The position numbers and the translations under genes were made by a program. A DNA stretch of 64,000 bases from Candidatus Acidiferrales bacterium. GTDB lineage: Bacteria; Verrucomicrobiota; Verrucomicrobiia; Limisphaerales; UBA11358. This document shows positions 1-8,523 of this stretch, piece after piece. Numbering within the stretch: position 1 is the stretch's first letter; every line of letters starts with the position of its first letter. The stretch is from positions 434-64,433 of the forward strand of contig DATJYM010000273.1 in NCBI GenBank assembly GCA_035499615.1. Reading direction: 5' to 3'. A model generated the notes under the pieces. It saw nothing but the letters and a program-made list of their open reading frames with translations. It ran no database searches and had not been told where the DNA came from.

Positions 1-745
1 CGCAGGTTTTCCTCATGGCGTCACGCTGCTTCCGGATTTGTTCCTCGGTCAAGGCCTTGGCGTAACCTTCCTTCGTCTGGCCGGTCTCGCCGAGATCAAT
101 CTTCAGGAATTGCGCGCCGAGCGATTTTACCTGTTCCTCGACCACGGGCCGCGTGTCGTAAGCGGTGACTTTGGCGCCCAGCCGTTTGGCGGTGGCGATC
201 GCCTGCAAACCAGCGACCCCGACGCCGATGATGAAAACCTTCGAAGGCAGAATCGTGCCTGCCGCCGTCGTCATCATCGGAAATATCTTGTTCGCATAGC
301 GCGCGGCCAGAATGACCGCTTCATAGCCGCCGAGATTCGCCTGCGAGGACAATACGTCCATCTTCTGCGCCCGGGTCGAGCGCGGGATGAATTCCATGCT
401 GATGGCACTGACACCCCGCTCGGCCAGCTTCTGGACCAATTCCTTTTCGTTGAAGGGATCCAGCAGGCTGACGTGGATGCAATTGGCCTTCAACAGGGCA
501 ATTTCTTCCGCCGGCGGTTTGCGCAGACGCAGCACAATGTCGCCGGAGCCGAGGAGCGCCGGGCGGTCAGTGGCAATCGTCGCGCCGGCTTTGGTGTAGG
601 CTTCGTCGGCAAAACCGGCGTGCAGACCTAGACCGGCCTCGACTTCGACCAGGGCGCCGAGTTTGACCAGCTTGGCGGCGCTGTCCGGCGTGAGCGGTGC
701 GCGGGTTTCGCCCGGGTGCGTTTCTTTGGGTACGGAAATTTTCAT
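1..745 (-). CDS. pntA: NAD(P) transhydrogenase alpha subunit (PntA-like); C-terminal part lies outside the window
   Basis: Absent from the ORF track because it is open at the window edge. Minus-strand translation from the ATG (complement of 743-745) gives MKISVPKETHPGETRAPLTPDSAAKLVKLGALVEVEAGLG... and later a Rossmann loop FIIGVGVAGLQAIATAKRLGA, the typical PntA/alanine-dehydrogenase fold pattern. Confidence 0.8.
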   Translation of the reverse strand, partial: MKISVPKETHPGETRAPLTPDSAAKLVKLGALVEVEAGLGLHAGFADEAYTKAGATIATDRPALLGSGDIVLRLRKPPAEEIALLKANCIHVSLLDPFNEKELVQKLAERGVSAISMEFIPRSTRAQKMDVLSSQANLGGYEAVILAARYANKIFPMMTTAAGTILPSKVFIIGVGVAGLQAIATAKRLGAKVTAYDTRPVVEEQVKSLGAQFLKIDLGETGQTKEGYAKALTEEQIRKQRDAMRKTC

Positions 746-849
746 TTCTCAAAAACGTGGCGCGCAACCTATCACACCCGGTTTCTGCTGTTAACTCAAA
801 TGTTGCTTTTCTTTGCACGCGAATTGTTACGGCTTATGCGCGAGATGAA

Positions 850-1488
850 TTATCCTTTAACATGTGACAATGTTTGCAGTTTAGAGGCCTTAATGATGGC
901 GCGCACTTTGGCAGGGTCTTTCCGGCCCGGTGATGATTCCGCTCCGCTGGAAACATCCACGCCGAAGGGTTGAACCTGCCGGATCGCTTCGCCGACATTT
1001 TCGGGCGTCAGACCCCCGGCCAGAAAAACCGGTTTGCCCAGCTTTGGCACCTCCGCCGCCAGGGTCCAGTTGAATTTTTCGCCGGTTCCTCCGAACGCGT
1101 CGGATGCATAACCGTCCAGCAGCCACGCGTCGGTCCGATACTTCAGCAATTCCTTGAGCGACCCGGCGTCGCGGACGCGAAAGGCCTTCATACTCATCAG
1201 CCCGAACTGTGTGCAAAATTCCGGCGGCTCATCCCCATGAAATTGAAGCAGGTTCAGGCCGCATTCGCCGATGGCACGCCGGACCAGCTCTTCGGGGGGG
1301 TTCACAAAGACGCCGACGCGCAGGGTAAACGGCGGCAAGGACCGGCTGATTTCCGACGCCGTTTTTGTCGGAACAAACCGCGGGCTTTTCTCATAAAAAT
1401 TGAATCCCAGAGCGTCCGCGCCCGCCTCGACGGCGACCAGCGCGTCCGGCAGATTCGTGATACCGCAAATTTTGACCCGCGTGCTCAT
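850..1488 (-). CDS. trpF: phosphoribosylanthranilate isomerase
   Basis: 212-aa ORF with ATG start. N-terminal VKICGIT motif and overall PRAI-like sequence (GADALGFNF, FLAGGL). Confidence 0.85.
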   Translation of the reverse strand: MSTRVKICGITNLPDALVAVEAGADALGFNFYEKSPRFVPTKTASEISRSLPPFTLRVGVFVNPPEELVRRAIGECGLNLLQFHGDEPPEFCTQFGLMSMKAFRVRDAGSLKELLKYRTDAWLLDGYASDAFGGTGEKFNWTLAAEVPKLGKPVFLAGGLTPENVGEAIRQVQPFGVDVSSGAESSPGRKDPAKVRAIIKASKLQTLSHVKG

Positions 1489-1490
1489 TT

Positions 1491-1562
1491 TCGATTTACA
1501 ATTTTCGATTTACGATTCATCTGGCAAACCGGCTCGTAAATCGTAAATCGTAAATCGTAAAT
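1491..1562. repeat. inverted 7-nt-period arrays (ATTTACG / CGTAAAT) forming a hairpin
   Basis: Left arm 1491-1517 is tcgatttacaattttcgatttacgatt. Right arm 1535-1562 is four copies of cgtaaat. A 12-bp perfect pairing cgatttacgatt/aatcgtaaatcg is possible in several registers. Confidence 0.9.
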
Positions 1563-1568
1563 TGCCAA

Positions 1569-3620
1569 TCAATGAACAAAATGGCTGACGGTCTGATACA
1601 CGACAAACGCGCAGACATAGGCCAGGCCGGTCATATAAGCGATCTGGAACAAGGGCCATTTCCAGCCGCCCGTTTCGCGGCGCATGACGGCCGTGGTGGA
1701 AAGACATTGCGCGGCCAGGATGTAAAACACCAGCAGGCTGGCGCAGGTGGCGGTGGTGAACATGGGTGTACCGTCAGAACGAGCCGCTCGGCGCAGCGAA
1801 TCGTAAAGCGACGCGCTATGATGCTCGGCGGCGTCCTGGCCGACGCCGTAAACGATGGCCAGCGTGGAAACGATGACCTCGCGCGCGGCGAACGAACTGA
1901 TGATGCCGATGCCGATCTGCCAGTCGTAGCCGAGCGGTTTCAGCACCGGCTCCAGTAAACGGCCCAGCTTGCCGGCGGCGGAGTTTTGCAGCGAGTTTTG
2001 CGCTGAAAGATGGTCGGCGTCGGCGTGAAGTTCCGCGGCTTTCTGCGTGTCACCGGATTTTTCCAGTTGCACGGCCTGGGCCGTCAGCGCGACGGCGGCG
2101 GGCGGGGGCGTGGATTTTGGGTAATGCGAAAGCGCCCAAAGCACGAGCGAGACCACCAAGATGATGGTGCCCGCCTGTTTCACAAAGATTTTCGCGCGGT
2201 CAAACGTGTGCAACAGCGCCGAGCGCAGGCCGGGCAGGCGATACGGCGGCAGTTCAATCAGCAAGGGCCGGCTGCCGCCCGGCAAAATGGTGCGGTTGAA
2301 CACGACCGCCGACAGCACCGCCGCCAGGGCGCCGGTCGCGTAGGCCGCCGTGAAAACCAGGGCGGCTTTGAGTGGCGAATGCGGAAACAGCAGCGCGGTA
2401 ACCATGGCGTAAACGGGAATCCGCGCCGAACAGGTCAGCAGCGGCGTCACCAGGATGGTGACCAGCCGGTCGCGCGGATTTTCGATGACGCGTGCGGACA
2501 TGATGGCAGGAATGGCACAGGCGTGTGCCGAGAGCATCGGTACGAACGCCTTGCCCGGCAATCCGAGCCGGCGCATGATCTTGTCCATCACCAGCGCCGC
2601 ACGCGACAGATAGCCGGTGTCTTCCAGCAGCGACAGCGCGAAAAACAGAATGCAGATCTGCGGCAGGAACACCAGCACGCCGCCGACGCCGCCGATGACG
2701 CCGTTGACCAGCAGGCTTTGCCAGTCGCCCGGCGGTGTGTGCGCCGCAATCCAGGCGCCGCCGGTGCTGAACAGGCGGCTGATGAGACCCATCGGAATCT
2801 CCGCGGCCCAGAAAATCAGCGCGAACAACAGAAGCATGACGATTTGAAAAACGACGACACCCGCGACGGGGTGCGTCAAAAAGTCGTCGAGTTTTTCCGT
2901 CCGGACCGAACGCCGCGCCGCGGCCGCGTCCATCACCTTCGTCGAAATCTGTTCGGTCCATTCGTAGCGAGCCTGATAGGGACAACCGCTGCAACCCAGC
3001 GCGCAGGCGGGCTTGGTGTGCGCAACGGGGTTCGCGGTCTTGCCGGTCATGAGCCGCGCCATCTCGGTCTTGAGCTCGCCGATCCCCATGCCGGTGCGCG
3101 CCGAAATGGGGACCACGGAACACCCGAGTTCGGCGCGAAGCTTCGCAACGTCAATCCGGATACCGTCGCGCCGGGCCGTGTCCATCATGTTCAGCGCCAC
3201 GACGACGGGACAATCCAGTTCGAGCACCTGGCTGACGAGAAACAGGTTCCGTTCGAGGTTGGTAGCGTCCACGACGACCAGTGCGGCATTGGGTGCGGAG
3301 TGGCTGTCCAGCCGGCCATGCAGGGCGTCGCTCGCGATTTTTTCCTCCGGCGAAGAGCTTTCCAGGCTGTAAAGCCCGGGCAAGTCCACCACGACCATCT
3401 GGTGGTCGCCAAGGTGCGCGCGTCCGACCCGGCGCTCGACGGTGGTGCCGGGAAAATTCGCGGTCTTGGCACGCAGGCCGGTCAACGCATTGAACAGGGT
3501 GGTCTTGCCGGCATTGGGATTGCCGACCAGCGCGAGCGTAAAGGCGTGATGCGGCAAAACAACGGTCTGACCCTCGTCGCCACAGGATGCCCCGAACCCG
3601 AATTTAAGGGAATCACTCAT
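1569..3620 (-). CDS. feoB: ferrous iron transporter B
   Basis: 683 aa. N-terminal G-domain P-loop LVGNPNAGKTTLFNALTG followed by a long polytopic membrane region. Confidence 0.92.
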   Translation of the reverse strand: MSDSLKFGFGASCGDEGQTVVLPHHAFTLALVGNPNAGKTTLFNALTGLRAKTANFPGTTVERRVGRAHLGDHQMVVVDLPGLYSLESSSPEEKIASDALHGRLDSHSAPNAALVVVDATNLERNLFLVSQVLELDCPVVVALNMMDTARRDGIRIDVAKLRAELGCSVVPISARTGMGIGELKTEMARLMTGKTANPVAHTKPACALGCSGCPYQARYEWTEQISTKVMDAAAARRSVRTEKLDDFLTHPVAGVVVFQIVMLLLFALIFWAAEIPMGLISRLFSTGGAWIAAHTPPGDWQSLLVNGVIGGVGGVLVFLPQICILFFALSLLEDTGYLSRAALVMDKIMRRLGLPGKAFVPMLSAHACAIPAIMSARVIENPRDRLVTILVTPLLTCSARIPVYAMVTALLFPHSPLKAALVFTAAYATGALAAVLSAVVFNRTILPGGSRPLLIELPPYRLPGLRSALLHTFDRAKIFVKQAGTIILVVSLVLWALSHYPKSTPPPAAVALTAQAVQLEKSGDTQKAAELHADADHLSAQNSLQNSAAGKLGRLLEPVLKPLGYDWQIGIGIISSFAAREVIVSTLAIVYGVGQDAAEHHSASLYDSLRRAARSDGTPMFTTATCASLLVFYILAAQCLSTTAVMRRETGGWKWPLFQIAYMTGLAYVCAFVVYQTVSHFVH

Positions 3621-3903
3621 GCTCGTGCGCTTCCCGCATCGCGCAATGATCGGGCGTGCAGACTTCGAGCCAGACCCGCGAGGCCAGCGAAGCGGACACC
3701 CCCAGGCGTGAGCCGAAAACGCGGACTACCAGCGGGTCACCAGTCCGGACGACCTCCAGCCGGCGTCCGACGCAAATGCCCAGTGTTTTGAGGCGCTGCA
3801 CGTCATCACCGTCGGTTTCGATGCGGCGCACGACGGCACATTGCCGGGGTGGCAATGCGTCGAGCCGGGTTTCCGGCATTGGCGTTAAGTCGTTTGTCGC
3901 CAT
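3613..3903 (-). CDS. feoA: FeoA-family small protein
   Basis: C-terminal part of the 132-aa ORF has an FeoA/SH3-like pattern (LGICVGRRLEVVRTGDPLVVRVFGSRLGVS). It overlaps the feoB start by 8 nt. Start trimmed to the internal MATNDL; the exact start is uncertain. Confidence 0.75.
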   Translation of the reverse strand: MATNDLTPMPETRLDALPPRQCAVVRRIETDGDDVQRLKTLGICVGRRLEVVRTGDPLVVRVFGSRLGVSASLASRVWLEVCTPDHCAMREAHEHE

Positions 3904-4038
3904 GGTGAAACAAGGTAGGTGCGGTGGCGAATCTTCGCTGTCGGCGGCTTGCGGTTTTTTAACGGTAGCTTGCGCCCGTCGGCTTTTGACAATGGGTGGC
4001 AAGGTCGGCAAATCGCTTCGATTTTCAATCCAGTCAAA

Positions 4039-4070
4039 TATTTACGACTTTTGATTTTTGACTTACGATC
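4039..4070. repeat. degenerate 7-nt-period array in the feoA / cysteine desulfurase divergent region
   Basis: The sequence atttacg acttttg atttttg acttacg reads with period 7 and is related to the ATTTACG arrays elsewhere in the window. Confidence 0.45.
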
Positions 4071-4149
4071 AGTCCACGGAACGTGAGACGCGAAAAGTGA
4101 GGGGAAACAACGTTGCGATAACGCTTCACGCCCTGGGTTTCATTGAACC

Positions 4150-5298
4150 ATGCCGCGGACAATCTATTTCGATTACAACGCCACGACGCCGCTGGATCCG
4201 GCGGTCCGCGAGGTCATGCTGCCGTGTCTGGGCGAAACCTGGGGCAACCCTTCCAGCGTGCATCACGTCGGGCGTCGGGCGCGGGCCTTGCTGGACGATG
4301 CTCGCGACCGGGCGGCGAAGGTGCTCGGCTGCAAACCGGCGGAAATCATTTTCACCAGTGGCGGCACGGAAAGCAACAACCTGGCAGTCTTCGGCACGGC
4401 AAGGCTGTTGGCAACCAAGGGTCGCCACTTGATTACTTCTGCCATCGAGCACCATGCGGTGTTGTCCTGTTTTGAGTATCTCGAAAAAAATGAGAAATTC
4501 GAAGTGTCTCGCCTCCCGGTTGATTCCAAGGGACGGGTGTCGGTGGACGATTTAAAACAGGCTATCCGCCCGGACACCATTCTGGTCTCCATCATGGCGG
4601 CCAATAACGAAATCGGCACGATTCAGCCAGTGGCGGAATTGGGAGGAGTTTGTCGCGCACACGGAATTCCCTTCCACACCGACGCCGTCCAATGGTTTGG
4701 CAAGGAGCCATTTGCGACCGTCGGCCAGTTTAATGCAGACCTGGTTTCGCTCTGCGCTCACAAGTTTCATGGGCCCAAAGGTGCAGGATTACTGTGCTGC
4801 AAATCCCCCCTGCATCCTCACCCGATTCTTTTCGGCGGCGGACACGAGCAGGAACGGCGCGCCGGCACGGAGAATCTGGCGGGCATCATCGGTCTGGTGG
4901 AAGCCATGGAAAGATTCATCGCAAAACCGGTTTTTGACAGGAATCACCTGGAACCCTTGTCCCGCCAACTGATCGACTGCCTCTCAAAAATCCCGGTTGT
5001 CGAATTAGTCGGTTCCCTCGAGAACCGGCTGGTCAACACCGTCGGGTTTGTGGTTCCGGGCACCGACAGCATCATGTTGCTGGGAGGCTTGGACCTTGAG
5101 GGAATCTGCGCTTCCAGCGGGTCGGCCTGTTCCTCCGGTTCGCTGGAACCTTCGCATGTCGTTTCAGCCTTGGGCAAACAGGATCGCGCCAATTCCCTCG
5201 TTCGCTTTTCGCTGGGCAGGAAATCCAGTGCGGAAGAAGTAAACCTTGTCTGCCATCTGCTTCCCGACATTATCCAACGTGCACAACCTGGCAAATAA
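4150..5298 (+). CDS. cysteine desulfurase (NifS/IscS family, class V aminotransferase)
   Basis: 382 aa. PLP-lysine motif SLCAHKFHGPKGAG and active-site cysteine loop SSGSACSSGS. Confidence 0.88.
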   Translation: MPRTIYFDYNATTPLDPAVREVMLPCLGETWGNPSSVHHVGRRARALLDDARDRAAKVLGCKPAEIIFTSGGTESNNLAVFGTARLLATKGRHLITSAIEHHAVLSCFEYLEKNEKFEVSRLPVDSKGRVSVDDLKQAIRPDTILVSIMAANNEIGTIQPVAELGGVCRAHGIPFHTDAVQWFGKEPFATVGQFNADLVSLCAHKFHGPKGAGLLCCKSPLHPHPILFGGGHEQERRAGTENLAGIIGLVEAMERFIAKPVFDRNHLEPLSRQLIDCLSKIPVVELVGSLENRLVNTVGFVVPGTDSIMLLGGLDLEGICASSGSACSSGSLEPSHVVSALGKQDRANSLVRFSLGRKSSAEEVNLVCHLLPDIIQRAQPGK

Positions 5299-5354
5299 GT
5301 TCCGATTCCTATGTGAAGATTTTGTTAATGTGGTGGAGAACCGTGAGTTTGGAG

Positions 5355-5447
5355 ATTTACTTTCTTTTTATCTTTCAAATCACCCTTTATTTTCGTTACT
5401 TTCCATTGATGAAACCTTGACACCGTGGGTTGTTTGCCTTATTCACA
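5355..5447 (+). promoter_or_regulatory. AT-rich tract plus one DnaA-box-like 9-mer upstream of dnaN
   Basis: Region 5355-5415 is strongly AT-rich (atttactttctttttatctttcaaatcaccctttattttcgttactttcc). TTATTCACA at 5439-5447 differs from TTATCCACA at one position. Other box-like words have 3 or more mismatches. Confidence 0.3.
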
Positions 5448-5496
5448 ACCCTTAATACTGATACTTTTTTATAAAGAAAAACACTATTAACCGCTC

Positions 5497-6606
5497 ATGA
5501 ATCTCACCATCGCGAAGGAGCAAATTCTCAGTGGCTTGCAGGCGGTTCAAAACGTGGTTGGGTCTCGAACGACGCTCCCCATTCTCTCCAATGTTTTACT
5601 ACGGGCGGAAGGCGATCGGGTCGAGTTTACCGCCACGGACTTGGATGTGACCGTGGCTTGTTCGGTGGAAGCCAAGGTGAAAAAAGGAGGGACAACGACT
5701 GTCCCGGTAAGAAAACTTTTTGGAATAATCAGAGAATTAAGCGGCACGGACATTGACATCGAAGTGGATGATAAAAATGTATGCAGTGTTCGCAGTGGAA
5801 CCTCGTTTTACAAAATACACGGAATTGGAGCGGATGAGTTTCCTCCCCTGCCAAAATTCAAGGATGAAAAGAAGGTGACACTAACTCAGGAAACAACCAA
5901 GGCCATGTTGGGGAGGACATCGTTTGCCATCTCCACCGATGAGTCGCGGTACGTGTTAAACGGGGTCTACATCTGTCTCAAAGACCACAAGATGACCATG
6001 GTGGCGACCGACGGACGCCGGTTGGCACTGGCCGATGAAGAGGTGGAAATATCGGAAAAAAGTCAGGGAGAGTTCATCATTCCTGCCAAGGCAGTCAATG
6101 AGTTAAACCGGCTTCTGCAGGAAAAAGGGGACGTGGAAATAAAATTTGGAGAAAACCAGGCGGCCTTCAAGTTGAAGGACGACAAGGGCTTTTCCGTCCT
6201 TGTCTTGACCAAACTAATAGAAGGGAATTATCCCAATTATCGTCAGGTCATTCCGGCTGAAACCAAGGAGCGCGTGCCGCTGGTGCGGGACGAATTCCTC
6301 CACGCGCTGCGCCGGGCTGAAATCATGACCAGCGAGAAGGCCAACTCTGTCAAGTTGAACTTCAGCAAAAACAATCTGGCAATAACAGCCAACTCACCGG
6401 AAGTCGGAGAAGCCCGGGAAAGCCTCGCCGTGAACTACAAAGGCAAGGAGATCGCCATTGCCTTCAACCCGAAATTTCTCATCGAACCGCTCAGCTCTCT
6501 GGCCGAAGACGAGGTCTTCTTTGAGTTGACGGACGAACTTAGCCCCGGGGTACTGAAGATAAACGGTCCCTTCCTTTATGTGGTCATGCCCATGCGGTTG
6601 AGCTGA
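5497..6606 (+). CDS. dnaN: DNA polymerase III beta sliding clamp
   Basis: 369 aa. Typical DnaN pattern: MNLTI..L...L, ATDGRRLA, NYPNYRQVIP, C-terminal VVMPMRL. Confidence 0.92.
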   Translation: MNLTIAKEQILSGLQAVQNVVGSRTTLPILSNVLLRAEGDRVEFTATDLDVTVACSVEAKVKKGGTTTVPVRKLFGIIRELSGTDIDIEVDDKNVCSVRSGTSFYKIHGIGADEFPPLPKFKDEKKVTLTQETTKAMLGRTSFAISTDESRYVLNGVYICLKDHKMTMVATDGRRLALADEEVEISEKSQGEFIIPAKAVNELNRLLQEKGDVEIKFGENQAAFKLKDDKGFSVLVLTKLIEGNYPNYRQVIPAETKERVPLVRDEFLHALRRAEIMTSEKANSVKLNFSKNNLAITANSPEVGEARESLAVNYKGKEIAIAFNPKFLIEPLSSLAEDEVFFELTDELSPGVLKINGPFLYVVMPMRLS

Positions 6607-6668
6607 TGGTGCTGACCCCGTGTCCTCGGGATATCACGGTGAGTCGTCGTTGCCAAAATCCTGCCGGG

Positions 6669-6710
6669 GCGCAACTTGACGAGGAGGTGGCGCAACTTGA
6701 CGAGGAGGTC
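6669..6710 (+). repeat. tandem 21-bp duplication
   Basis: gcgcaacttgacgaggaggtg (6669-6689) is followed directly by gcgcaacttgacgaggaggtc (6690-6710), 20/21 identical. Each unit holds ttgac and gaggagg. Confidence 0.95.
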
Positions 6711-6731
6711 TATGACTGACACCTTGACTGC

Positions 6732-7631
6732 ATGCTTCCGCTACAATTCCGTGTCATCGTTATCGTTCTTTTTTGGGGATCGGGGATTCTGTTCAGTCGC
6801 GCCGCTGTCGTGGTAGCCTGTATTGGTGACAGCATTACAGCCGGCGTGGGCGTCACAACGCCTGCGCTCGAAAGTTATCCGGCCAAACTGCAAAAATTAC
6901 TGGGGACAAACTACAACGTGCTCAACTACGGCGTCAGTGGCACCACACTTTTGATTTCTGGAGACATGTCATACTGGAACACCGGCGCCTTCACTGCCAG
7001 TCATAATGCGCCCCTTCCAGACATCGTCATCATTCTGCTCGGCACCAATGATTCAAAACCGCAGAACTGGCAATACGGAAACAATTTTTATTCGGATTAT
7101 CGGAGGCTGATTTCCACCTACACTAATCTAACCTCGATCCCGCGCGTATTGATCTGCACGCCTCCTCCGGTATTTGGCAGCAACAGCTACAACATCAATG
7201 CGGGCATCATTGCAACAAACATTTCACCCCTCGTCCGACAACTGGGGACCAACCTTAACCATCAGGTCATTGACCTGCAAACGCTGTTGGCCGGCCACGG
7301 CGAATGGTTTCCTGATTATGTGCACCCAAACTCGCAAGGCACATCGGTCATGGCGGCGATTGATTATACGGCGTTATCCGGCGACACAATGTATGGAGCC
7401 ATCCCCAATCCAACTGTGTCTGAGTCCGGGAATGCCACGGTCGCTTTGTCGTGGCCCGGGGGTGGTGCCGGCTGGGTGGTTCAAACGATACCCGCTCTGG
7501 GTGGCACGAACCTTTGGACCGTTGTCAGTAATGTCATCACAAACGATGGAACCGCCGCCACCGTGACAATTCCCGTTCCCGGTCCAAGCGCCTTCTTCCG
7601 GCTCTGGAATCCTTCCATTCAAGGTCTTTGA
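6732..7631 (+). CDS. secreted SGNH/GDSL-family esterase with an extra C-terminal module
   Basis: 299 aa with a hydrophobic N-terminus. SGNH blocks: VACIGDSITAGVG (block I), LLGTNDSK (block III), DYVHPNSQG (block V). The last ~70 aa are a separate beta-rich module ending in FFRL. Confidence 0.8.
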   Translation: MLPLQFRVIVIVLFWGSGILFSRAAVVVACIGDSITAGVGVTTPALESYPAKLQKLLGTNYNVLNYGVSGTTLLISGDMSYWNTGAFTASHNAPLPDIVIILLGTNDSKPQNWQYGNNFYSDYRRLISTYTNLTSIPRVLICTPPPVFGSNSYNINAGIIATNISPLVRQLGTNLNHQVIDLQTLLAGHGEWFPDYVHPNSQGTSVMAAIDYTALSGDTMYGAIPNPTVSESGNATVALSWPGGGAGWVVQTIPALGGTNLWTVVSNVITNDGTAATVTIPVPGPSAFFRLWNPSIQGL

Positions 7632-7667
7632 AGACCGGATGGTATGGGGCGTAATGGCCCGCCAACA

Positions 7668-8399
7668 CTATTTGACCGCAGCCCAGATGCGGTGAACATC
7701 GTCGTGGTCATCCAGGCTTTGGAGAAATTCACCCACTTCCGCCCGTTGAACCTCGGAAAGTTCAGGATGAGTTTTCGGCAGGTAACCCGGCTCGCTCGTC
7801 ACCACCGTCCAGCCGTTACTTGAAAGCCACTTGGAAACGGCATGAACCGCCGTGCGATCGCAAATGAAACGTGCTCCGGCCCGGCCTTCCGGGATGTCGT
7901 CGTTCTGCTCAGGCTTCAATGCTTCAACCTCGTTGGCGCCGGCTTCGATGGCGGCGGCCTCGCGATCAATGTTCAGGTCCGCGTGATGCGCCTCCACCAA
8001 ACCGACGAGGTCGAAAAGGAATTTGTTGCTGCCTGACGTTCCCAGCTGGCCTTTCTTGAACAGCACGCGGATTTCCGGCGCGGTGCGATTCACGTTGTCG
8101 GTGAGCACTTCGACGATCACCGGCACTTTGTGCGGCGCATAACCCTCGTAAACCACATGCTCCATCACGAGTTTCTCTTCGCCGGTCCCAGCCCCCTTTT
8201 TAATGGCGCGTTCGATGACGTCGCGCGATACGCTTTCCTTGCGCGCCTTCTCCAGGGCGGCCGCCAGGCGCGCGTTGGCATCCGGGTCCGCTCCACCCAA
8301 TTTGGCGGCGATGGAAATTTCGCGGACCAGTTTGCTGGTGGCCCGGCCTTTCTTCAGCCCGGCCACAAGACGTTTGGCATGTAACCATTGTCGCCCCAT
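7668..8399 (-). CDS. yebC: YebC/PmpR-family transcriptional regulator
   Basis: 243 aa. N-terminus MGRQWLHAKR...KKGRATSKLVREISIAAKLGGADPDANARL is the typical YebC family signature. Confidence 0.88.
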   Translation of the reverse strand: MGRQWLHAKRLVAGLKKGRATSKLVREISIAAKLGGADPDANARLAAALEKARKESVSRDVIERAIKKGAGTGEEKLVMEHVVYEGYAPHKVPVIVEVLTDNVNRTAPEIRVLFKKGQLGTSGSNKFLFDLVGLVEAHHADLNIDREAAAIEAGANEVEALKPEQNDDIPEGRAGARFICDRTAVHAVSKWLSSNGWTVVTSEPGYLPKTHPELSEVQRAEVGEFLQSLDDHDDVHRIWAAVK

Positions 8400-8523
8400 G
8401 CGCTGAAAATATCACATCCCTCCCGACCGGTTCAATTTCACATTCCATGCCGGCAAGCCTGGCCCGGACCCAGGGCGCCAGGGCTGGCGCGGCAAACCTT
8501 CTGCACCGCCGCCGCGGCGAGAA

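Noticed and set aside
1491-1562. The heptad arrays (here and at 17036, 28585, 28719, 37438, 50172, 53385, 56264) considered as a CRISPR array
   Set aside because: The units are 7 nt and directly abutting, with no spacers. Each array has only 4-5 units, and no cas genes are present.
2010-3791. 593-aa ORF on the plus strand, with similar long ORFs at 18905-19981, 22802-23704, 26899-27906, 42064-43065 and 48214-49437
   Set aside because: Each lies antisense to, or out of frame within, a gene with unmistakable family motifs (feoB, korA, ABC ATPase, GT-C transferase, GAF kinase, groEL). Their translations are Arg/Gly/His/Asp-rich low-complexity strings, which is typical of stop-poor alternative frames in GC-rich DNA.
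4012-4149. Fur box in the feoA / cysteine desulfurase divergent promoter
   Set aside because: The region is AT-rich, but I could not find a convincing match to the 19-bp GATAATGATAATCATTATC palindrome. The AT-rich words fit the degenerate heptad repeat better.
4430-5298. Apparent GC drop within the cysteine desulfurase gene, suggesting a recombination breakpoint
   Set aside because: The sampled lines are heterogeneous (41/60 at 4201, 26/60 at 4441, 33/60 at 4741, 38/60 at 5101). No clean breakpoint can be supported by eye.
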